Source: a virus
Virus record (IMG/VR): IMGVR_UViG_3300039443_000002
DNA: 46,501 bases
Direction: 5' to 3' (one strand)
This document shows, one piece after another, positions 9,601 through 16,982 of the stretch. Position 1 is the first letter of the stretch, and each line of letters starts with the position of its first letter. The translations under genes were made by a program, and so were the position numbers. The notes below the pieces were generated by a model. It did no database searches. It was given only the letters and a program-made list of their open reading frames with translations, and was not told where the DNA came from.

Positions 9601-10671
9601 AGCATAGTCAGTAACACCATGCATCCATCCTGGGGTCACGCTGTCGATAGCTCTGGCAGCGCGGTTGAGGACGCTATTGAACGCATCTCCGACGCGACCA
9701 TAAGGTGCTGGGTTAGTGTTGCGCAGGTCTGCCACAGCGCCAAGGACAGCGTTCGGGACAACACCAAGAGTGTATAGAATACCACCAATAGGACCATTAC
9801 CCGCTTCACCGAACTGTCCTTTTGTCGGGTCAAACGGGTTAGTGCTGGGAGCGCCCCAGCTTCCCAACCAGCCCCAGAACGTTTTCATCATTGACCCAGT
9901 AGCGTCTGGGCGGTACTTGGTAGGGTCAGTAATGGTTTGCGGCTTAGGCTTCATCAGCCCCATGTTCAGGTTGTCATTGCTAATCTCCGTTAGTTGCTGC
10001 CTGAACTTCTGGTCCTCCTGGTCTAGATTGTCGCTACCCTGCTTTTGGTACCAAGTCGGGACATAGTTATGGGCTAATTCCTGCTCACCCAGCCCATGCA
10101 TCGTGTCACTACCTTGCTTTAGTAGGTAGTTCATCGGGTTGGTATCAGCGATTACCTGCGACGGGCTAGGTTGCCCAGAACTGGGAGCTTGCGGTATTGG
10201 GTCGCCTGGGGACAGAGTTGGGAAATTCTTGGGGTCAAGAAAGTTGTTAGGGTCGCCCTGGTTCATTGCGAACACGCTAGGGTCCTGACCGGGCATCTTT
10301 GACACTGGCGCTCCAGGGAATACCTGGTCGCCGCCCTGCGGTCCTGTCGGTCCCTGTGGCAGCAATGCATTAGTTTGCTGTAATGACTGCTGCATCATGT
10401 CACCACCCTGCTGATCCTGGGCAGGAGTGCTAGGCTGTGGCAACTCTGTCGCCGTTTGTGGTGGCGGAGCAGCTATACTATGCGGCGCACCACCTGACAT
10501 ATGAGGTTCAGCAACTTTAACTACGGGTAATTGCTGATGCGGTTGCTCAGCATTCTTTTGCTCGTAGTTAGTGACAAGGTTAGGATTAGTTGGTTGGTCA
10601 GGCATCGTGTATGGGCTGTCCGTAATGAGGAACGGTGGGCGAACCGCTCTGCCGCAGCTTGTCACAGACAC
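6688..10671 (-). CDS. Large (1327 aa as tracked) putative internal/ejection virion protein with a Pro/Gln-rich N-terminal region and an ADP-ribosyltransferase-like signature near the C-terminus
   Basis: Long ORF in the internal-protein block. FFHGTK ... WGHGTYVVSDVETARTFA at nt ~7480-7581. The real start is probably the ATG at 10605 (MPDQPTNPN), which overlaps the stop of the upstream 63-aa ORF. Confidence 0.55.
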   Translation of the reverse strand: MSVTSCGRAVRPPFLITDSPYTMPDQPTNPNLVTNYEQKNAEQPHQQLPVVKVAEPHMSGGAPHSIAAPPPQTATELPQPSTPAQDQQGGDMMQQSLQQTNALLPQGPTGPQGGDQVFPGAPVSKMPGQDPSVFAMNQGDPNNFLDPKNFPTLSPGDPIPQAPSSGQPSPSQVIADTNPMNYLLKQGSDTMHGLGEQELAHNYVPTWYQKQGSDNLDQEDQKFRQQLTEISNDNLNMGLMKPKPQTITDPTKYRPDATGSMMKTFWGWLGSWGAPSTNPFDPTKGQFGEAGNGPIGGILYTLGVVPNAVLGAVADLRNTNPAPYGRVGDAFNSVLNRAARAIDSVTPGWMHGVTDYALTHDFGNDAANLYNSGVKYLNQGLSWASKPLMNNTGQTGKSVLGAGFGNNVQLPSASLQPVEPIAPTPQYKGSHFLNALRGEQSSFSGTQDKTHAFGFGSGGNISDPRFWAGMAVDMLVYHNVDEINPINKALGAVYNKIKPRGRLVPLSTEPPTAPEAGTPKQLVGAPERPALPAIGESSSPLNHPIKMVPPEGEGPGISVENTSIKPTVTEGKPSVNSEVMAGTIPAGNVQEPGKLMPRRRTETPVSEAGTGAGAATPTPTQAPVRLPAPVAVRTGRDIKYVSIPAPGVDGPEVIRVTPSVPKAQIEPTTTLAASPTPVITGTPITQAAAKLGLKFNSPFEAMERMSEVTDWMNNHKLSLEEAVNNVNNNVEYVHPAQMSTEDLARKVISGNVLTGVQKNSDIVSALSTMKPGMQVDPAMLNKSLRTIDEMDWLARVIPGPDGAPLLGKDAVALKRWGQIDTLLQERGATDPIYKTIFAPYGAEIPKSVLAGGEFNVLAGDGNPLAVSVDTAHPDTSMDVSPLSKPGSYIIDKANEVAKAETTDLAHNLRVNITDPDVVGRPDALRDLQRSRIPDTEVGQSHSSTIQTQAKLNAERQAANIAATVNHLQDEVTKQSQVLNLSYQKLENSTVDIGRRMLPTVPRPLETQIPAKYAGVALPNSELAADLNGRSFFHGTKVQEWTPDVNWADGSGRHEWGHGTYVVSDVETARTFADAKATDNLPAVSGRLYSDAGTVHEVKLSTHSPLDTRVPLRPAVANQVKNAFREILREVGGVNKDEIANFTKSIKGDTPFGDYFTQMEKRLIASGVTDEETLHNVSKVSSLTLHSMGFDAITDGDKVNLLSGNAQLLDSQARVANDVLGQAASRYNADSLVSSQHPQSPLAQVNQMESNITLQSRLLDKTKEDLQLVEDEGSRAVHRLLSADKRLQQVAEPERLSAAQQAKADFLADWKSDFESHTTEGQNNPCEW

Positions 10672-10789
10672 GGCAGTCTGTATGGAACCTGGTGTGAATA
10701 GGACGTGTCAGCCTGTACGCACGGTCTATGTCATAGCGTCTACCCGTAGTACGCCCTAAATTACGTAGCTCCTTATTAAAGTCTGACAT
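10598..10789 (-). CDS. Small basic hypothetical protein (63 aa)
   Basis: The ATG lies 2 nt after the stop of the 1061-aa gene. Its stop overlaps the ATG at 10605 of the next gene, a tight, coupling-type arrangement. Confidence 0.4.
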   Translation of the reverse strand: MSDFNKELRNLGRTTGRRYDIDRAYRLTRPIHTRFHTDCRVCDKLRQSGSPTVPHYGQPIHDA

Positions 10790-10791
10790 AG

Positions 10792-13700
10792 CTAGTAGAG
10801 TCCTGGCAGTGTATAGCTTCTATTGTGACTCTTGTCGAAGCTCTTCATCCAGCCATACATATTCAGGTTCAAAGCTTTGTCATAGCTGGCAGCACTAATG
10901 CGCGTAGGGTCACCACTGTTTAGAGCTGACACTAGCCCTTGTCCACCCCAGATAGCGCCCTTAACCCAAGCTATGCCTTTCTGTAAGTCCTTCGGGTTAA
11001 ATTGCTCCAGGTACTTCTGGACATAAACCATTTGGCGCTCAGGCGGCATTGACCACAGTTCTTCTTTTGTCAGACCCCACTGCTTAGCGTCTGCGTCTCC
11101 GAAGCCGATGAGTCCTCCATAGCCAGAAGAGTTAGAAGCGGTCGGTTGTCCATTGCATTCAGAGTCAATGACATCCGCGAGCCATTGTCCAGGAATGCCA
11201 AGGTTGTTAGCAGTCCGATTAAGAGCCTGACGAAATGCGGGGTTACGACGAAGCCACGAATAACTATAGTCCGCGTCAAGGTCATTTTTTCCGGCAAACC
11301 CTCCGCCACGGTCAAACCCCATATCCAACGGTCGAGTGTTAGAAGTAGCATTCTGTATATCGACACCCTGAGCAAGAGCATTTTGAAGGGCATAAACTTT
11401 ACCATTTAGGACGTATAGTCCCGCTCCATAGTAGACTGCGTTCTTAGGAATTTTGGGGTGCTGGATGAATGGGTTGTTTGGTGCTTGCCAACCGGACATG
11501 TCTCCTCTAGGACCAGGAGCAACTGTATCCACTGCTCCTGCTGTTGCGACATATGACAAAGGGTTGACTGTACCGTCAAAGCCAAAGTTCCTAGCGTCCC
11601 CGCTGGGGTTACTTCCGTTTGCCGGTACAAAGTATTTCCTGACCTCCCAATCTAAATGAGGTCCTGTAGACAATTCGCCGGGGTGAGGTTCTCCAACTGT
11701 TCCTAGCGGCTGCCCAGCGCCGACCACATCACCAGGATGTACATTAAGGGAGCCGTCAAGATGAGCAAACCTGTGAAGCATTCCAGCCCTATCAACAAGG
11801 TCAACTGTATATCCGTAGCCATCATACCAACCTGCATGTACTATTTTCCCGTAAGTATAGCTGACAACCTGCGTTCCTGCCGGAGCCGCTACGTCTACAC
11901 CTGCATGTGTCAGCCCTCCTACTGGGTCAATTCCAGGAATAGCTCTGTGCTGTCCGTACGCAGTAGTAAATGTCACATTAGCATTGGGTAGGAACGGAAT
12001 AACGGCTTTGACACCATTGGGATTGTCTGGTGTCACTCCGATGGTGGTGCTGTAAAGGTTAACTGCTTTGCCTTGTAATGCGCTGGTTGTCGGTGTAAGT
12101 TCTGAGGTGTATTTGTTCTGGGCGCTCCCGCCCTTGTCAAAAGGGCTAGGAACTCCTAGCTGGTTCCCTGGTGGAGGAGCTAGCGTGTCCTGCATCTTCT
12201 TGATGAAGTCCTGATTGGACAAAGCATGTTGCTTCATCCTGGCGTCGATGTCCTGGTCTGTACCATAGAAGCCCATGTTCTTCATGAGCTGCGCCCTGCG
12301 ATCCATCTCAGTCTGAGCGTCGCGTACCTGATTGTCCAGCGCTCCCAGGGTTTGCCCTTCCAGGTTGATGATTTGCTGCTTTTGCTGATCTGACAAAAGT
12401 CCTGGAATTGTAATAGGTTTGCCGTCTGGTCCTGTTGGTAAAGCTCCCTGCGCCAGCAACATGTTCTGTAGCGTCTGGTTGTTCAGCATGAGACGCACCA
12501 AGTCATCGCCAGTGCTAGCCTGAATCTTGGCTTTCTCTGTCATCAAGTCGCCAATCTTCTGCTGCTGTGTCGGCACCCATTCACGGTATTGCCGCAGCTG
12601 GTCAGCCTGCGCTACGGCAGCTTTGACAGTATTGTTTTGCTTCCATATGTCGCTCTGTAGAAAGGTCTGTGCTGCCGGGTCGTTGTTGTAAATCTCCCAG
12701 GTTAACTGAGGTAGGATTGTCTGGTCAACAGCATGGAGCATCTCATTAGTAATGATGCCCTTGTTGCCCAAGTCCCTGATGTCCTGCTGCTGCTGGAGGA
12801 TAGACTTTGCATAGTCCTGGTTTGACAAAGGGTCTTCCGGCTTGAAGTCCGGTCCCAGTCCGGCTGCCATAGCAGCGCTGTGAGTCATCCGGTCGTAGTC
12901 TATCTTGCTGAAGCTGTTGCCTTTGCCGTCTTTGCCTGCTGACAAATAGCTTTGCGCTAGCTGCTCTGTTGCTAGGTACTGCGTGTACTTTGCTTGGTTG
13001 TCTCGTATCTCCTGTAGCTTACCAGCGTCGCCTTTAGCAGCGTCAGCTGCGCTTTGATACAACGTTGACGTGACAGCGATCTTGCCCCAAGTATCTAAGG
13101 TCTGATCGCTTGACACTTTGGAGATAACGTCCTGGAAGTCCTTCAGTGCTTGAGTCTTGTCAGCAAACGGAGACCCCAATTGCGCGATAGCCCCAGCAGC
13201 AAGACCTTGGTACTGAGCGGTTGCTTGCGCTCGGTACTGGGACATGATCTGCTGGTTGACCTCATACATCCTGTCATTGTTCTGCTTGATATAGTCCTTC
13301 GCTGGCTGAAAGGAAGACTCTATCAGGTTCTTGACATCTGTCGGGTCTAGGTTGGCGTATTCCGGTTTATGGATTATCTCTAGAACTTTTTGCTTATAGT
13401 AGTCCGTCCCGAACTGCGGGATAGTGTTGTTGAGCTGGAGTTCGTCAATCTCTTCTTGCGCTCTGGCAAGTTGGTCTTGCGATCGGAGCTTATAGGCTGA
13501 CACTGCTTGTTCAGTCTTTAGCTCTGTCATAGCCTTGTACTGCTCAGCCTTCTGCCCCTGGAAGGCTAGCTGGTTCTGGACAAACTGTTGCCCCGCTTGC
13601 CCGATAGCTTCATAACCTTTTGCCAGGTTTGCCGCTTTGCTTGCCTGCGCTTGCGCAATCATCGCCGCGCTATCTTGCCTTGACACCATTGCCCGACCAG

Positions 13701-13977
13701 CGGCGTCTAGACCGCTGTTGATGTCGGCAATGTTCTGCTTCATGTAGTCGTCGTTTTTGTTGAAGCTATTGGCTATTAGCTGTCCGGTTTGTTGGAGTTC
13801 GTCGATTCCGTGATTTGGAAACTGCGTAAAGTCTCGCGGACGGAGAGTGTTAACTTCTGTATTTCCAAGTTGACTTTGTCCTCCCTGCATCTGTCCGCCA
13901 GGGACTGCCTGTACTTGGAAACGCGGTGCGTCAATCCCGACAAGCTGTAAGGGCGATTGTCCTGATACATCTTCCAT
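10792..13977 (-). CDS. Internal virion protein with an M23 peptidase domain and a C-terminal lytic transglycosylase (SLT-like) domain
   Basis: M23 signature THAGVDVAAPAGTQV ... LHRFAHL ... GPHLDWEV (nt ~11608-12000). SLT signature VIDSECNGQPTASNSSGYGGLIGF (catalytic Glu codon 11158-11160). Functional analogue of T7 gp16. Confidence 0.75.
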   Translation of the reverse strand: MEDVSGQSPLQLVGIDAPRFQVQAVPGGQMQGGQSQLGNTEVNTLRPRDFTQFPNHGIDELQQTGQLIANSFNKNDDYMKQNIADINSGLDAAGRAMVSRQDSAAMIAQAQASKAANLAKGYEAIGQAGQQFVQNQLAFQGQKAEQYKAMTELKTEQAVSAYKLRSQDQLARAQEEIDELQLNNTIPQFGTDYYKQKVLEIIHKPEYANLDPTDVKNLIESSFQPAKDYIKQNNDRMYEVNQQIMSQYRAQATAQYQGLAAGAIAQLGSPFADKTQALKDFQDVISKVSSDQTLDTWGKIAVTSTLYQSAADAAKGDAGKLQEIRDNQAKYTQYLATEQLAQSYLSAGKDGKGNSFSKIDYDRMTHSAAMAAGLGPDFKPEDPLSNQDYAKSILQQQQDIRDLGNKGIITNEMLHAVDQTILPQLTWEIYNNDPAAQTFLQSDIWKQNNTVKAAVAQADQLRQYREWVPTQQQKIGDLMTEKAKIQASTGDDLVRLMLNNQTLQNMLLAQGALPTGPDGKPITIPGLLSDQQKQQIINLEGQTLGALDNQVRDAQTEMDRRAQLMKNMGFYGTDQDIDARMKQHALSNQDFIKKMQDTLAPPPGNQLGVPSPFDKGGSAQNKYTSELTPTTSALQGKAVNLYSTTIGVTPDNPNGVKAVIPFLPNANVTFTTAYGQHRAIPGIDPVGGLTHAGVDVAAPAGTQVVSYTYGKIVHAGWYDGYGYTVDLVDRAGMLHRFAHLDGSLNVHPGDVVGAGQPLGTVGEPHPGELSTGPHLDWEVRKYFVPANGSNPSGDARNFGFDGTVNPLSYVATAGAVDTVAPGPRGDMSGWQAPNNPFIQHPKIPKNAVYYGAGLYVLNGKVYALQNALAQGVDIQNATSNTRPLDMGFDRGGGFAGKNDLDADYSYSWLRRNPAFRQALNRTANNLGIPGQWLADVIDSECNGQPTASNSSGYGGLIGFGDADAKQWGLTKEELWSMPPERQMVYVQKYLEQFNPKDLQKGIAWVKGAIWGGQGLVSALNSGDPTRISAASYDKALNLNMYGWMKSFDKSHNRSYTLPGLY

Positions 13978-13983
13978 AATTTC

Positions 13984-15621
13984 TTAACCCCCGAATAGAG
14001 AAGCCGTAGACCCGCTAAAGCCACCTGACAAATCACCACTGCCGAAAGAAGTATCAGGATTGAGATTGACACCAGCGCTATAGCCGTAGTCTTGACCGCT
14101 AAGAAAGCCGCTGTTGGAAGATGTTCCGAAATTGGGAGTTCCGTAATTGAATATTGGGTTTTGAGAGTATTGCTGTGCATATTGCCTTTGTCCCTGAATC
14201 AATTGGTTTTGCTGATTTTGCTGGTTGTAAATGTTGTAGCCCTGCCCCAGCAGCCCGATAAATTGCTGAGCGTTGCCAGACCCGATTGCGCTTTGCTGTG
14301 CTGACAAACCAGCTAGCTGTGCCTGCAACTGTTGCTGCACTGCCCCGCTCTGCATGGCAAATCCTGACCCTGCCATAATCTGATTGACTGCTGCCGCATT
14401 CGCGTCGGATGCGCTGGCTGCCCGCAATCCTAGTTGCTGTGTCTGGATTCCGAGGTCGTTCATCTGACCAGTGAGCAATAGATTATTGATGTCTGCTGCT
14501 GTCGCGCTCTGTGTGTACTGGTTCTGCATTCCCAGCAAAGAATTGTTGACACCAGCATTCATCTGTAGCTGGAGGTTTGACAAACCTGATTGTCCTTGTA
14601 ACTGAGCTGACTGTAATTGCGCTTGCAAGCTATTCTGTCCAAACGCAAAGTCAGCACCCTGGTTTGTCATCTGCTGCTGGAGCGCTGCTAGATTCGACTC
14701 TGGTCCGTACATGCCCTCGCCAACCTGAGCTTGCTGTAGCTGCGTCTGGGCAAGCCCTTTCTGTAGTCCGGCTAGACCAGTTGCCGCGTTAGCTTCTCTT
14801 ATTGACTCTCCTGCTGCTTGGTTGGTGTTCTGCATCTGCTGGGCAAGTTGGTTTCCACTAGCCATGCTACTGGACTGGGCTTGACCAATGCTAGAAGCGT
14901 CAGTACCAGTGTTAATGCCATTGCTGGCAAACATTGCTTGGTTAGCCAGGTTACGTAATTGCGCATCAGTTATAGCTGTTTGTTGTCCCTGCATCCCTTG
15001 AGCCAGTCCAGACAATTGTCCGGCGCTCTGGTTCAAAGCTCCCGTAGCGTTTTGTGCCGCTTGCCCCTCGGCTGCGTAAGCCGCTCCCTCTTGCTGTGTC
15101 GATTGTCCCAGATTGCCCAGCGCTGCACTCTGTTCCTGGAATGCTTGAGTGTTGCCAGCCTGCTGCTGCTCAAGGGTACCGATGTCCGCCTGTAGCTTAC
15201 CACCCTGAATTGCCCCCAGACCCATCTGGGTATTGTAGCTATTCTCTGCTTGCCCCAGCAATGAATTGTAACTATTCTGTGCTTGGGACAATCCGGTGTT
15301 GAAGTTACTCGTGCTTTGCTGCAACTGGTCAGCAAACGTAGCCTGCTGCTGTTGAATCTGATTCATTATCTGCTGGGCACTAGCTCCTTGCAGAGCGTTT
15401 GACAACTGAGCTTGACGCTGCATCTGTCCCAACTGATACTGATAGTTCTGATATAACTGAGCAGTCTGTATTTGCTTCTGCTGTATGTATGCCTGCGTCT
15501 TAGTGTCTGCTGCTTGAGCCTGGAGAGACGCGGCTTGAGCTTGTTGTTGCTGCTGCTCAGCATTAAAACCGAATATAGCCTGAGCGCCGCCTAGAACGCC
15601 CCCAATCGCGCCTGCTCCCAT
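13984..15621 (-). CDS. Q/N/A/G/S-rich low-complexity virion protein (545 aa)
   Basis: Long ORF tightly packed between neighbours. Gly-zipper-like N-terminus MGAGAIGGVLGGAQAIFGF. The body is dominated by Gln with very few charged residues. G/S/F-rich C-terminus. Confidence 0.6.
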   Translation of the reverse strand: MGAGAIGGVLGGAQAIFGFNAEQQQQQAQAASLQAQAADTKTQAYIQQKQIQTAQLYQNYQYQLGQMQRQAQLSNALQGASAQQIMNQIQQQQATFADQLQQSTSNFNTGLSQAQNSYNSLLGQAENSYNTQMGLGAIQGGKLQADIGTLEQQQAGNTQAFQEQSAALGNLGQSTQQEGAAYAAEGQAAQNATGALNQSAGQLSGLAQGMQGQQTAITDAQLRNLANQAMFASNGINTGTDASSIGQAQSSSMASGNQLAQQMQNTNQAAGESIREANAATGLAGLQKGLAQTQLQQAQVGEGMYGPESNLAALQQQMTNQGADFAFGQNSLQAQLQSAQLQGQSGLSNLQLQMNAGVNNSLLGMQNQYTQSATAADINNLLLTGQMNDLGIQTQQLGLRAASASDANAAAVNQIMAGSGFAMQSGAVQQQLQAQLAGLSAQQSAIGSGNAQQFIGLLGQGYNIYNQQNQQNQLIQGQRQYAQQYSQNPIFNYGTPNFGTSSNSGFLSGQDYGYSAGVNLNPDTSFGSGDLSGGFSGSTASLFGG

Positions 15622-15624
15622 AGA

Positions 15625-15795
15625 CTATTTAACTCCCAAAACGGAACCGTTAGCAACCAAGAACTTAGTTACTTCTTCCATGAGGGAAGCAACAGCTTTA
15701 ACTTTGGGGTCTTGAAGGACAGGGATTAATGGACTGATTTGGTCGTATTCGACTTCAATGTCGCCCACAATCTTAATCACGTCAGACAATTTCAT
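15625..15795 (-). CDS. Small hypothetical protein (56 aa), not in the supplied ORF track
   Basis: Hand translation gives MKLSDVIKIVGDIEVEYDQISPLIPVLQDPKVKAVASLMEEVTKFLVANGSVLGVK. ATGA overlap with the upstream stop, and the stop lies 3 nt before the next ATG. Confidence 0.5.
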   Translation of the reverse strand: MKLSDVIKIVGDIEVEYDQISPLIPVLQDPKVKAVASLMEEVTKFLVANGSVLGVK

Positions 15796-16112
15796 ATTCC
15801 AGCTCCGTCTAGTTGTAGAAGGTAATTACCCATCGCTGCCTTAGCAGTCATCACTATTGTATCTACACCAGGGGTACCTACGCTCTGGTGTTGGTCAGTA
15901 AATGTGACAATTACTTGGTTTGGCGTGTTAGGAACATTGACCGTAATAGCTCCCGGAGTAGCCACCGCATTGTAACCCGACAATTGAGGGTACGTCGTAT
16001 TGAACGTGTTGGTAAACACATATAGCTGTGCCAGTGTCGGGAGGATAGACGGACCGTTAATCTGTATGGTTAGTTGCTGATTGACAACTGTATTGCTCTG
16101 CGGTTGTGTCAT
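15792..16112 (-). CDS. Hypothetical virion-arm protein (106 aa)
   Basis: ORF with start/stop overlaps to both neighbours. No family recognised. Confidence 0.5.
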   Translation of the reverse strand: MTQPQSNTVVNQQLTIQINGPSILPTLAQLYVFTNTFNTTYPQLSGYNAVATPGAITVNVPNTPNQVIVTFTDQHQSVGTPGVDTIVMTAKAAMGNYLLQLDGAGI

Positions 16113-16801
16113 AGTCCCGGCACCTGTACGCCAACGTACTGAGCGTTTCTACTTACCCGTCCCAGCCAATCAGCTTCAAAGACTTTCTGGCTTGGGTCGT
16201 ATGCAACTATAGCTAAATAATACTGCTTCCTATTCTCTAAGACACTAGCTATTAGGTTGTTGAGGTGCCCCTTTGAGCAGTAGTACAACACTTCGTTGAT
16301 GGTCATGTGACCGCAGACCCCGTCCGGCGTGACGCCTACTAGTCCTTGAAGCGTTTTGACAGAACGGCTGACACCGCAATTAACAGCGTAGTCAAAGAGA
16401 ACACAGCTAAGAGACTTATTAAAGTTAGGTCCGCCCACCAAATTGTAGTACCCAGTGCGGTAGATGTCTGTGTATTCATCAACTGTAATGTATGCGACGC
16501 TCCGGGCTGGTAGTCCTTTACCATAACGGTAGCGATTGTATTCGCCTTGGGTGATGCCATAGTTAGTTGCACCGCCGTAGTCATTGGGGTCGTCACTATA
16601 ACCGCCTTCCTCCTTCAATGTGAACTGGAGCATCCATGGGAAGTTATCAACTATAGTTGCTGTCATTCTAGCCTCCTTGGGACTGACAAACCGAAGTAAC
16701 CAGTTATAACTGCTGACAATACTATCTGCTGCGACGGCGTAGGACTGCCAGTCTTTAGACACAGTGTCACGACAAAGAGAACTACGAAGGCTCTTATGCA
16801 T
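16109..16801 (-). CDS. GH108-type N-acetylmuramidase (likely endolysin or virion muralytic enzyme)
   Basis: Motif LKEEGGYSDDPNDYGGATNYGITQ is typical of glycoside hydrolase family 108. A strong SD (AAGGAGG) precedes the internal ATG at 16666, so the true CDS may be 16109-16666 (185 aa). Confidence 0.75.
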   Translation of the reverse strand: MHKSLRSSLCRDTVSKDWQSYAVAADSIVSSYNWLLRFVSPKEARMTATIVDNFPWMLQFTLKEEGGYSDDPNDYGGATNYGITQGEYNRYRYGKGLPARSVAYITVDEYTDIYRTGYYNLVGGPNFNKSLSCVLFDYAVNCGVSRSVKTLQGLVGVTPDGVCGHMTINEVLYYCSKGHLNNLIASVLENRKQYYLAIVAYDPSQKVFEADWLGRVSRNAQYVGVQVPGL

Positions 16802-16969
16802 TCAATCACCAGCGTCACGGTGCGTGTCCCAGACACTTTTGCCGTCGCATTTCCAGGAACCGTCACCGTATAGTTCGTAGATGTGTCCGGCAAAGTGGAT
16901 GACGATGGGAGGCTCGTGCCAGGTTCGCTCGAATTGTTTGTCTTTGGAAACAAGGTCAATAACCTCCAT
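16802..16969 (-). CDS. Small hypothetical protein (55 aa), not in the supplied ORF track
   Basis: Hand translation gives MEVIDLVSKDKQFERTWHEPPIVIHFAGHIYELYGDGSWKCDGKSVWDTHRDAGD. Its TGA is directly followed by the ATG at 16801. More protein-like than the overlapping 98-aa tracked ORF. Confidence 0.45.
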   Translation of the reverse strand: MEVIDLVSKDKQFERTWHEPPIVIHFAGHIYELYGDGSWKCDGKSVWDTHRDAGD

Positions 16970-16982
16970 ACATTAATTACCG

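Noticed and set aside
13776-14180. 134-aa same-strand ORF spanning the junction of the 545-aa and 1061-aa genes
   Set aside because: It is an alternative frame of two strongly supported genes and bridges their 6-nt intergenic gap. Its hydrophobic stretches come from frame-shifted Gln/Ala codons.
16663-16959. 98-aa tracked ORF upstream of and overlapping the muramidase gene
   Set aside because: Ser/Thr/Pro-rich, off-frame-looking product. The 55-aa ORF at 16802-16969 in another frame is more protein-like and is start/stop-coupled to the next gene.
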